NCBI GenBank assembly: GCA_036630325.1
Contig: CP142727.1
Location: forward strand, 248,001 to 312,000
Length of the DNA: 64,000 bases
Direction: 5' to 3'
DNA from: Vairimorpha necatrix
Lineage: Eukaryota
The notes beneath the pieces are model-generated. The model saw only the letters and a list, made by a program, of their open reading frames with translations, had not been told where the DNA came from and did no database searches. The position numbers and the translations under genes are program-made. Each line of letters starts with the position of its first letter. Position 1 is the first letter of the stretch. Below, piece by piece: positions 45,534 to 57,800 of the stretch.

Positions 45534-46846
45534 ATAAAGGACTTTTCTCTTATTAAGTTAATTTTTCTTTTTAAACAAAAAAATAATATCAGTTTTTTAA
45601 CCTTAGTTAAATGTAACACATTTAAAAATGTTTAATTACATTAATATTAGTAAGTAGTAGTTGTAAACGAGTGTATAATTTATAAGAATAATACATCAAC
45701 AAAAAAAAACTTTTGTGGTTACTATTTGTATTCACAAGTAAAAATTGCCATTGAAGTATTACCTATAAGAGCTGTAACAAAGCTCTAAAAATTCGTAGTG
45801 GTTGAATTTGTTTCGATAAATCTATACTCTAGTGTATCTCTAAACATATCATTAGCATAAACCTAGCCCGACTGAGTGTATAAAATGTCATTCAAAGAGT
45901 ATGTCGCTTTAGTGAATTAAATTGTGAAGGTTGACAGGCACGGTTTAGACTGATCTAAGTGCTGGGAATATTGAAATATTGAACTTGAGATATAAATGAA
46001 TATTTAGCTTTTTAAATATTCATGTATATGCATTTTATATACTTTAATATTGAATAAGGATCTTAAAAAATAATGAAAAATCGTCTTTGTGATTTACATC
46101 TAGTTTTGAAAAAATGCTTCCAAGATTAAAATAATGTAGAATTAATCTTTTATATGCACATAGCCACTTGTCGGTGCACAACGAAGCAAAATCCTTGGCA
46201 ATATCAAGGCATCAAACGAAGTTGAGCAATAGAAGGTCTCGTGGACCATATCCTACAAGATTTTGTAACACGGTAGCTGAAACTAGCGAGAGATTGGTTG
46301 TAAACTATAACACAAAATGCAGAATTAGTGATGTGGCGGTGTAAGGAGCCGTGTGTGCAATACAGATGATTTTAGGGACTTTTGAGTTAGTACGATGATG
46401 TATCCTCGGCCTATAACCGCCGTGGTTGTATTATTTTTGCTAATATATCTTATGGAAGAAGATATGGACATAGATGATAACTGATTTGCTTTTCGCCAAA
46501 ATTCAAATTGTGCGGCTAAGCTTCAACAAGTGTCATTATTTGTAAAATTTTTTAAAGGGAAAATCTTAAAGTATCGCAAAGAAGATATCACAATCCTAAG
46601 TAATTGAAATCATATGTAAGAAGGTTCCCTTTCTCTTTAGCAAGAAAAATTGATTATGAAGCAAAGTAAGGGTATTCGTCATTCTTAGCTGGCTTGATTG
46701 CCTGTCTTCTCCCAGCTCCATTTTACATTTAAGATGGGGGCTTTTTTTATTATCCAGAGTCTTTCCACATTTGACGATAATAAAATAGGTTCCATTGTGC
46801 AGGTTAACCAATTATATTATTATTTTATCTTGACATTTTTATTTTC

Positions 46847-49800
46847 TGTGATATATTTGTATAATTTCTATCCCCCATTATGATAAATAAAGACATGGGG
46901 GCGATACCGAATCGTCAGTTTACAAGTGTGGATTGTGGTCTAGAGGCCAAAAAGTTATTAAAAGAAGTTAGAAGAATAATGTATAGGTTGAAGATGGAGG
47001 AAATAGAAATCAGTTTGTGGAAGCAGAGAATATTTATGGAAGGAAGTGAAGAAATAAAAAATTTCATGGTAGAAAGAATTAGTAAAGAGGACGAATATTA
47101 TAAAATAATTGAGAAATTAGAGGAGGAAATATGTAGAGAAGAAAGAACTAAAAAAGAAGAAGAAAATAGGAGAGAACTTATGGAGGTCATAGCTGAGAAT
47201 GTTAGAGAAACTGTGAGAAAAGAAATTCAAGAGAAAGATTTAGTTTTAAGGAATACAGTACAAGAAATAAGAAATAATAGGAATTGTTTTAATTGTGGTA
47301 AATTTGGCCATATGGCTAGGAACTGCTATGTAGGAAGGAACAATAATCAGGAAAATAATAAAAAGTTTAATAAGTACTTAAATTTAGACGAAAACCAAAG
47401 TTGTAGTAGCAGTAATGATAATAAAGAATATAAACCAAGTGGAAAGACAAAACGAGTTAAGTTAAAGGAATGTAATAATAGTGATAGAAGACATAAAGAA
47501 AGAATATATGCGAGCAATAAAGAGACGAAAAGAAGATTACTGAAGAGGGCATTTACGTTGGAAGATCTCAAAGCGGAATATGAAGAAGTTTTTAAACAAG
47601 GAGATGAGGTTATAAGTTATTGTACATTAGAGAAGTGTAAGATAGATACTCCAGAGGGTAAGAAGATAGTCAGAAAGGGGCAGACGATCCCACAGGCTTT
47701 GATCAAACAGACTGAGGAATATATTAATGATTTAGAAAATAGAAAAATTATAAGAAGATCGTCTTCGGAATGGCGAAACCCAATAAGAGCGATACTTAAA
47801 CCAAGTGGTGAAGTAAGAGTAGTTAGTAATTTTATAGGGTTGAATGATTTAGTCGAGAAAGACCCGTATGAGCTAACTAATATGAGAGAAATAATAAGAG
47901 CTACGCAAGGGTCGATAATATTTACTGTTGTTGATTGCAAAGAAGCATTTTACCATTTTGAAATTGAAGAAAAAGATAAACATAAGACGGCGTTTGAATT
48001 TAATAAAAAAGTTTACGAATGGAATAGTATGGTGATGAGATACAAAAATTCTTCACAGATACTACAGAGAACGATGAATATGATTTTTGAAGATTTGCGA
48101 GGAAATGGTGTTGAGGTATACATGGACGATATAGTAATACATGCCAAAAATAAACGTAAACACGATGAATTAGTAATGGAAGTTTTAGAAAGAATTAAGA
48201 GAAATAAAATGAAATTAAATATTGGGAAAATACAGTTTAGACAAGCGGCAGTAAAATTATTAGGTGTGACGCTGAATGGAATAGACATGACGGCCGACGA
48301 AATAAAGAAAAATGAAGCCTTGGAGTATCCGGATCCAAAAACTTTGACGGAATTGAGGAGGTTTCTAGGATTGACTGGATGGTTCAGACCATTTATAAAA
48401 GATTATGCCGGGCTGACGTTGAAAATGACAGATAGTTTGAAGAAAAATGGAAATTCGTGGAAATTTACGGAAGAGATGAAAGAGGAATTTACTAAAATGA
48501 AAAATGTGTTAAGAAATATGGGAAGACTAAGATTACCGGACTATAATAAGGAGTTCATACTAAGAACAGACGCTAGCAATTTGAGATTGGGTGCGGTGTT
48601 ACTTCAGAAGAATGAGAATGGGGAATGGGTTGCTATACAATGGGCATCTAAAAAGCCAACACCTACCGAAATAAGATATGGAATATCAGAAAAGGAAATG
48701 CTTGCGATATATTGGGGCATTGATAAATTTAAATACGAGTTAAGAGGTAGGAAATTCAAGATAGAAACGGACCACAAAGCACTGGTGGAGATAAGAAATA
48801 AACCGTTTTTTATAATAACAGAATAAATCGCTTAATCGAGAAGATACAGGAATATGATTTTATCGTGGAATATAAAAAACCTGATGAGATGGTGGTAGCA
48901 GATGCGTTGAGTCGAATAAATATGGAAGAGGATATTAAAGAAATGAAAAATAAAGAGCGAACAATCAAGCAAACAGAAGGTAAATGGAAAGCACATGTTT
49001 CTTCCGAGAATGGAAAGCAATATTGGCAATTTGACTCAGGACGTAAAGTTGAAATACCACCTGAGAATATAAGGAGACAATTAATCCAAGAATATCATGA
49101 AAAATTAGGCCACAGATGCATGACAAGTGTTTATTATGCAATGAGAGAAGAATACTATTGGCCAGGAGTAAAGAAAGAAATAAACGAGGTTATAAAACAG
49201 TGTCAGAAATGTCAGATATATAACAGGAAAAATATGGGTGGTTGTAAATTTGTAGATACGTCGAGATACTTAGAGAAGGTTGCATTAGATTTGATAGACT
49301 TTAAAAATGAGAAGAAATATGTTTTAGTTGCTATCGATTATTTTACACGTAGAGTATGGGGAGTAGTTATAAATAACAAGTCAAGTAATAATGTTGTTGG
49401 ATTTTTGAAAAGATTATGTGAGCAAGGGAAGAAACCAGAAGAAATTATTACAGATAACGGGAAAGAGTTTATTAACGTGGAATTTAGAAAATTTTGTAGA
49501 GATCTCGATATAATACACCGACAAGTAAGTATAGAAGCGCATAGAAGTAACGGAAGAGTAGAGCGTGTTATAGAAACTTTGAGAGAAAGTATTTTAAAGT
49601 CGGATGCGAAAACTTTTGAAGGTAAAGTGTATAAAAGTATCGATGTATATAATCAGAGCTATCATATGGGAATAAAATGTACACCATTAGAAGCGACTGA
49701 AGATAAAACTGGAGACGTAATGCTTGAAAATGGCCCTATAGGGAAATATTGTAATAGGTTTGGAAAGGGAAAGATCGAAAAATTTAGTAAAGGTCAATTG

Positions 49801-50064
49801 GTAAGAATAGCTAAACGAGAAAATTTGGCAGGTGTTAATAAGTATGAAAAAGGAAGATTTTTGGATACAGGAAAAATTGTTGAAAAGTGTGGAAAGGATT
49901 CTTATATTGTAAAACTTAGTAATGGTAGGCTTGTGAAGAAGAGACATTATGATCTGAAGGGTATGCTTGGGGTAGATGTGAAAATTAAATGAGACTAACC
50001 GTCTTGAGGGGGGATTGTGATATATTTGTATAATTTCTATCCCCCATTATGATAAATAAAGACA
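46847..50064 (+). mobile_element. Ty3/Gypsy LTR retrotransposon B with 49-bp LTRs
   Basis: Identical LTRs at 46847-46895 and 50016-50064; TSD TTTTC; PBS TGGGGGCGATACCG; PPT GAGGGGGGA; absent from the paralogous site near 38715. Confidence 0.95.
46880..49992 (+). pseudogene. gag-RT-RNaseH-integrase of element B, one frameshift near 48810
   Basis: CFNCGKFGHMARNC, YMDD, RNase H and integrase motifs. Adding one base restores FNNNRINR. Confidence 0.85.
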
Positions 50065-50186
50065 TTTTCTTTTTATATTTTAAGATGACAGATTACTTAT
50101 AACCAAAGTTTACAGAAGGTTATAAAGTCATTCAAAAATCTTATAAACATATTTACTCTTTATATTTTTTCTTATCCCTCCAGTAA

Positions 50187-51137
50187 ATGTTTTTTTTTAA
50201 TTTTCTACACGTATTAATTTCTTGTTCTTCTCATATTCCAAATTTCGAACAAGTTCTTTATTCTTCAATTCTCTGTAGGTTAAAATTTACCACCAGACAT
50301 CTTACTGACACTTCTATTAATGACATTTGTGAAGATATAAGAAAAAATGTACCTTTCGATTTGGATATCCTTCATTATGGTGCATATTATGATTTACATC
50401 TTATAATAAGCAATAACCAAGATAATTTGATATTAATTGATTATTTTAATGAGTTATTTGTATACATCTCTAAAGAATGTGCTAATAATAATAGTACAAG
50501 TACTGAACAGACGCATCATACAGACGAAAATGCTACTATTAGTCCAGAAGATCTTCTTATAAATGTGCCCACTGATTATCTATTGTCATTTCTTAAATGT
50601 AAATATTTTTTACAGAACAAAATAAAACATGAAGATTTAAAATTCGCCAACCTCAAATTGTTAATGTTTCTACGACTAAAATATTCGTCTATTCTCGATC
50701 TTAAACTGTCTATCCCAGAATTCCACAATTTATTATTTTACATTTACACGATACAATTCATTACCGACCCGGAAATAATCTTTGATACTCTTATTAATTT
50801 ATCGATAACTTATTATATTTTAATTAATAACGACAATATTAAAAATAATATTAATTATATCTATTATTTAATAGAGAAAATAATGAATAATGTGATACCA
50901 CTGACATATCTTATGACGAATTTTCAAGAACTAAAAAGTGCTATGATGAGCGCAGACAGCGAAGATATTTATAAAATACGAAGTTATGGAATTATATTGT
51001 TTTTTGAGAGTATACAGTTTAATAAATGTAGGAAAATGGGTATGCCTTGGAATTTGATAAGTCAAATAACTATAAAAGAAAGTGATAAATCTAAAATATT
51101 GGACAAACTAGAAAAATTAATGGATATATTTTATTAA
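50187..51137 (+). CDS. putative secreted hypothetical protein Y, copy 2
   Basis: About 10 aa differences from 38835-39785 by manual count. Confidence 0.8.
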   Translation: MFFFNFLHVLISCSSHIPNFEQVLYSSILCRLKFTTRHLTDTSINDICEDIRKNVPFDLDILHYGAYYDLHLIISNNQDNLILIDYFNELFVYISKECANNNSTSTEQTHHTDENATISPEDLLINVPTDYLLSFLKCKYFLQNKIKHEDLKFANLKLLMFLRLKYSSILDLKLSIPEFHNLLFYIYTIQFITDPEIIFDTLINLSITYYILINNDNIKNNINYIYYLIEKIMNNVIPLTYLMTNFQELKSAMMSADSEDIYKIRSYGIILFFESIQFNKCRKMGMPWNLISQITIKESDKSKILDKLEKLMDIFY

Positions 51138-52627
51138 AGTCTAAGTAAATATCAAATATAGTTTTATTAATTAAATGAACCGCATCTGTCAAATACTACG
51201 CTGTAATTAGTTATTAAGAATTTATAAATTTTTAGAATCTACAGTTAAAATTTTAAGTTGGCGTTTGTTTATAAAAATATCTTGAGCGTTATCGCCGCTT
51301 GAGGAGCATGGATTTTCTTCATAGCTAAATAGGTATTTTTGACGTGAAAATAAAGTTTTAATTATGATTGTTGACGTCAGCCGAAAATTGATTTTTTTTA
51401 TTTACAAGTAAGAGGTAATTAACCCTCTTAGATAGAAGACAGAAATGCTTGGAAGTGTCCTTATCCAACCGGTAGTATATGATTCTTACTCACTTAAAAC
51501 TTCCTTCATATAATTTGCCGATGCATCAAGCTCCGCCTATCCATTGACTTTGGGTCCAGAAGAACACTTTCACATTTATACCTTAAATCGTATCCAGAGT
51601 GACCTCGCAGCGGATATACTTAACGGGCATGGGTATCTATAACCCGAGGAGAGACATCATACTAACTCAAAGGCCGTACAATCATCTTAATTGCACACAC
51701 GGCTCCTTACACGACCACATCACAGCCCGACATTTTTTATTGGGCTACGTTGATCATCAGTCTTTCACTTGTTTCGACCACCGCGTTACAGAATCTTGAA
51801 GGAAAGGGTCCATTAGACCTTCTATTGCCCTACTTCGTCTAGTCTCTCAGTAAGCTCCAGAGTGCACCAGCAATGAGCCCCAACTAGGCTGCTTCCATCA
51901 TATACTTTTATGTATCATTAAGTCACCACAGAGGCGATACTGCTTTTTCGGCCTTAAGCTGCATTTCTATACTAGATGCTATTTGTGATTGATCACAAAA
52001 GTTTCATTGAATCAACTAAATGACTATCGTTGACATTATTCATCATCTGAGTTGTCCCGACTGCATCATAAAAGTATGCCTTATTTCATGTTTTGTGAAT
52101 CTATATTTAATCCAGCCAAGTAAAATACAATATAACCATTTTTTATATATGTTTATATTCTTTATTTTACTGTTTAGCCGCAGACTGATGATTCTTTGTC
52201 CTCTTCTAGTTTTGAAATTGGATACTTACCTTTTTTTTTGCTATATAAAATAATTTTATTGAGCAGAAGACATTCCAGCTCTCCTCATATTTTTGTATGG
52301 TCAGAATGTCGACTGCTTGTCGGTAAAATGCTACAAATAATTATAGATGATATAATGGAATAGAAATATGGAGTTTTATCAAAATCACATACTGCCCCCA
52401 CCTATATTTACGCCTGGTTTAATCAATGTACAAATTTCCAAAGCCACTGCATTATCCAGGGAATTTTATACTTTTAATCATTACGTCATCCAATATATTA
52501 CATCAAGTGGATTTTGAAAGATTTTTCGATTTATTGTCAAGCTACTCCGTTCTATCATAGCAGTATAATATGATTAAAAAAATTATAAAAAATTTTTTTT
52601 TAATGTGACCTAAGATGCAAAAACACA

Positions 52628-53843
52628 GGCGCTACTTCATTTTCTTGCCCCCAGAAAAAAAAAATTATTTAGAAGAAATTTTATTTATTCCAACCTACAA
52701 AGTTCTAAAATTTTTATATAAGCACACCTATGATCATCATTATTAAAATGATTGATATTTCTTTTTTTCCAAGCAAATTCTTTTAGAAATAAATTAATCC
52801 TATGCCTTTTAAGCCCCATTCTCGATCTATATTCATTCTTCAAATGGGACCACAAATTTTCTATATTATTTGTGTGGTCTCCTTCTGCATTTATAAATCC
52901 AGGCGAATGATTTACTATGTAATGTTCACTGCCAAAATTTCTAGAGGCTGATGGATATGAAGGGTATCCATCAGTAATTATAATAGAGCCACGTTTTACT
53001 CTGCGTCTAAAAAAGTCTTCAATAGTACTAGATTGTCGATTAGGTAGCAATTCAAGAACAAATTCTCTACAATTACCTCCTACTATGCCGCCTATAATCC
53101 ATTGAATTATAGGCATGGAATCCAAAGTTGATGAAGAATTAGATACAATTAACCCGTTGCATATGGCGGTTTCATCAAATTGTACACGAACAGAAGTTCC
53201 TTTAATTTGGTATCTATCATCGCTTTTAGAAGCAATGATTACCATCACTGTATCCTTGATTTTAATATATGAATTTTCACATATTTTGCACAGATCTATT
53301 GCTTGGTAAGTAGTATAATTAAATACCCCGCCATAGAATGCTCTAAGAATTTTGTGATAAAACGCTTATTCCTTTAAACATCGTACCATTTTTAAGTGAG
53401 CTCTTCGAACTACACTTTTTATTAACACAACGATAAGCTTTACCGTCAATGTAGCCTGAACATCCACTAATGTTCATAAGAACAGTTCGTTCTGATGTCG
53501 AACAATGTCTGGAAGCAATCGATCTTTTTAAAAGACTTTATCTAAAAAAAAATCAATTGCTGCTTCATTGTTCCTAAAGCACGCATCTTCGCAGATATTT
53601 AGCTCTCTAATAGCCTCCTGCAGATTCCTCATTAAGGGGTTAAAAAATTTTAATTTTTTAACCCCTTAATGAGGAATCTGCAGGAGGCATTTAAAAATTC
53701 TCAAATCGACAAAAAATAAAAATACCTTAACTTCATTTTCTTGCCCCCCTCAAAAAAAATGTTTAGATTTGAAAAATAACACGATTTTGTATCTTTTTAT
53801 TAATGTTTTTTTAGGGGGTGGGGCAAGAAAATGAAGTAGCGCC
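52628..53843 (-). mobile_element. Merlin transposon (second family), disrupted transposase
   Basis: TIR GGCGCTACTTCATTTTCTTGCCCC; 8-bp TSD AAAACACA (52620-52627 and 53844-53851); VQFDET, ITDGYPSY, VNHS and HTNNIENLWS motifs; start MRNLQEAIRE at 53632. Confidence 0.92.
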
Positions 53844-54882
53844 AAAACACAAATGAAAATCGATCCATGCGTAGAATTTTGATTCAAGTATTATAAATTG
53901 TAATTTTTTTCAATTTTACGGTCCGAGCTCAAATCTATTCATAAATTTTTTTGCAATATAAAAAATTACCGCTCAAAAAAACATTCGACACAGCTTTGAT
54001 TCCTTATATAGTATACTTTATCTTTTATAAAGATGTTATGAATAAATCTAACGAAGACATTGTTTTTGTAAAAAGCATAAGTATATATAATGACATAAGC
54101 GATCTATATAACAGAAGATTTAATCAATATCAATTAAATCTAGTTTATACACTAATCAATATACTTATCCTCTTATATTGAGTACGAAATTGCATCGCGA
54201 TTTAATTTTTATATTAGAAGCAATTAAGTACAATTTTTCATTTTAGTGGCCTATTAGACAAACTTGTCTCTTATAGATTAGTTTTATTGTGCTATATTTT
54301 CATGATCATATTATCATTAGCCTGTTTAATTTTTTTAAGATGACGATCTTTAGAATAATTTAAGACTTTTTTATTATTAATAAGTATTACATGTAAATTA
54401 TCGAATTTTTTTTTTAGGTAAGTTCAATTCTCGAAATAAATCTATAATAACAGTTAAATTGATACTTTTAATATATTCGTGCATCTAACATGTTGTAATT
54501 TCAGAATATTTGCATTGTCAAATTATGTCTAATTTTCTATAAATAAACTGTCGGGCTTGAGGCGGATTTCTCCCGTTTATTCACAAGACTAGATAAAATA
54601 AAGAATTGGTCTCGGGAACATTCTTCTAGTATTTACGAAGATTAATATAATTTTGCAAAGTGGCCAATTTACTTTAAAATGTAATATTAGATATATGTCA
54701 AATTAGACAATTAAAAGACCTTCCATTATAATACACATGTGCTTTCATGTTAAGACAAGTATACTAGAGCATATGTCCTCTAATTTAAACACTACTTGGT
54801 TAAATTTATAAATCTCTTCATCGGCTTTTTAAAACACATTATAATTATCTTTTTATATATTATTAAATTTTACTATATTTAT

Positions 54883-57800
54883 TTAGAGTATTTGAAATCC
54901 TTCTTTACACTCATTTATAGCATACAAAATATGTCTCCTCATTTCTTCATAAGTTTCATATTCAGGCAAATCCAGTTGATTAAAACAAGTATGTGAACTC
55001 GGCAATCTTTTACTTTTTATTTTATGAATATTAAACTTCTGATCTCCATTCGTACTTTTTAAACTTCCAAATCCTTCATAAGGTACTCTTGATGATCCCG
55101 TACAAAATTGTAATAATAATGCCCTTTCTTCCGATTTAAGTCCCGCTACCACTTTCCAGAACCATATAATATTCTTAGACTTCTTAGTATATCCATAATA
55201 TTCTGTATTATTCTTCCAATCTTCTATATTTATATTTGGTACCCCGTTTATTAATAATTCTATTTCTTTCTCATTAAATATATTTATATTATCTATTATC
55301 TCAAATATTCCTTCTTTTATAGCACTAAGTTGTTTACTAATACTAGTTATTAGTTTATTTTCTAATATTAGATTTATATATTTTACTTTATTCTCATCTG
55401 TTACTAAAATGTTCTTACCATTTGGGACTAGTTCATTTATTTCTAATATTCCCATATTATCTGTTTCTACTGTGAAATTTAAATGTATTAAATTTTGTAT
55501 CTTGTTATCTTTTATCCATACTAGAGATTTATAATATTGTGGATCTAATTCTTCTAAATCTTCTAGAGTACATTTCTTGTTGATTATGAATTTGTAGATT
55601 GATTTATAAAAATGTATTCCTATATTATATTCATTAATAATTAATAGGGCGAGTAATCGCCCTAGAAATTTATAATAAATTAAATGTTCTGGATTTATAT
55701 TACTATTCTTATAAGGATACACTGTATCTTTCTTCTCTGAGGTATAAATGAAAAGGCCCCTGTTTGGGTCTACTAGACTTTTTATTAGTAACTCGTACCA
55801 TTCTTTAGAGAGACCTCCTAAGTCGACTCCTTCTTCTTTACTGAATTTTACTTTTATTGTTTTATTTCTTAATTCTCTGGGGGATTTATTCATAATCTGG
55901 AAAAATGAGTCAGACAAGATTGACTCTCTTTTTACTGTAATGTATAAATAGTCCCCTTTCTCCGGGATATTATCATAGAAATATTCCTTCTTATTTTTGA
56001 AATTTAAAACATTAAATTTCGACAAGAAAGGGACTAGTAGATCATTACAATCTAAATAATCATTAATATTATCATTAATTATCTTCTTAATTTCATCGTA
56101 TTTTCTACTATAATTATTAATAATAGATTTATCTATAATGATATTGTCATTTATAAATTTATCAAATATTGCGAATAATTTCCAATTATTTTTGTATTTC
56201 TCATCATCTGTCAATTTATCTAATTTGTTAATTAGTTCATTATGAATATATTCACTATTTAATTTAGATTTAAGTTGTTTGAAATATTGTAAAGTTAAGG
56301 TTATGACTTGTTCAATATCAATTTCTTCATGATTTAGAAATTCTATTATAAATTCCTTGATTTTATCCCCTTTGATATTATTTTCGCAGAAATTATCAAA
56401 GTCTACATTCGTCATAGACGGGAAATCCATTTTCCTTGTCTCTGCTAAATTTCTCAGTGTTTCTTTGTCTAATTCTTCTTTACATTTTATTCTACCCAGG
56501 AAGAAGATAATATCTTCAGCGTATTCTTTTATATTTGAGAGTTTTATTAATTTGCTTATTAAATCTTTATTATCTCCCATGTGTTTCTTTGAAGATATTA
56601 CCATATTCTTTAATATCAAGACACATGCCTTTACAATGGAATTCGATATTCTATCTTCATTATCTATATTATCTAGATTATCTAAATTATCTTGATTTAT
56701 TATATTGTCTTGATTTGTAAACTTATCTCGATCAGATACTGTATCTAGATCAGATATTCTATCTCGATTAGATACTGTATCTCGATTAGATAATCTATCT
56801 CGATTATCTTGATTTATGGTATTTTCATGTTCAAGATAGTTCATTATGGTCTCAGTGGTAGTTGTCATTACTTTCTTATTATATGTTATTATACATATAA
56901 ATTCTAATATTTCTTTCTGTATAGTATATTCTTCTCTTATTATTTTCTCTAAGAACTCTTTATATATTTCTAAATCTATATTAGTCTTTATATTTCCCAT
57001 TTCTTCTTCTGATGACGTGTCCTCTGAAGATGACTCATAGGGCGGGGCGTATAAGAAGTAGTCGTCTTTGAGTCTCCTCTCTTGTTCCTCGAATTTATAT
57101 TTGTAAGATGTCAAATTTGAGAGGAATGCCTTGTTTATAGGGAGATAAGAAGAAGATGAGGCCTTTCTTGTAGTGTACCAGGAAAGAAGGAAGTGGTCTA
57201 CTTCTGACTCAGACATGTTTTCTATTTCTTCAGGGGATATTTCTGGTTTTATTCCTTCCTCGTCCCCCAAACTTGAAGATGTGTCATCATCTTCTTCTAT
57301 TGTATCATTGAATATATCTAATGAATTATTATCTTCTTCTATTGTATCATTGTCTTCTATTATACTATCTTCTTCTACTATACTATCATTATTATTATTG
57401 TCTTCTTCTACTATACTATTATTATTATTATTGTCTTCTTCTATTGCACTGTCGTGATCTTCTTGTAGATTATATTCGGGTAGATTCTTATATATTTTAT
57501 CTATAAATAATTTCTTTTCTTTTTTACTCTTTAGTTTCTTCTCTACTATCTGGAATTCCTTCTTCCATAAATATTTCGCCGGGTATATTTTACTATAAGT
57601 CACTTTCTCTTTCTTCTTCTTCTTCTTTTTCTCTACTAGTTCATAAGTCTCTAGTGATGATTCTTCTGGGGTAATATTCTCTGAATAATATGTTTCATAA
57701 TATCTTGACTCGTCTATCCAGTCCATTGATAAGTCGAGATCTAAGTCTCCGTATCTTGTAGTGTACAAATTGTATAAGAATTTGTATATAAAATTAATCT

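Larger units (their letters stand above)
34488..52220 (+). repeat. tandem segmental duplication: block A ~34488-40864, block B ~40865-52220 (plus partial third copy ~29897-31358)
   Basis: Collinear, highly similar intergenic DNA and genes X and Y; block B carries three additional TE insertions. Confidence 0.9.

Noticed and set aside
48800-48830. Programmed ribosomal frameshift between RNase H and integrase
   Set aside because: The frameshifts fall at different positions in elements A and B, each is fixed by one base at a short homopolymer, and B has other damaging substitutions. Mutation or sequencing error is more likely.
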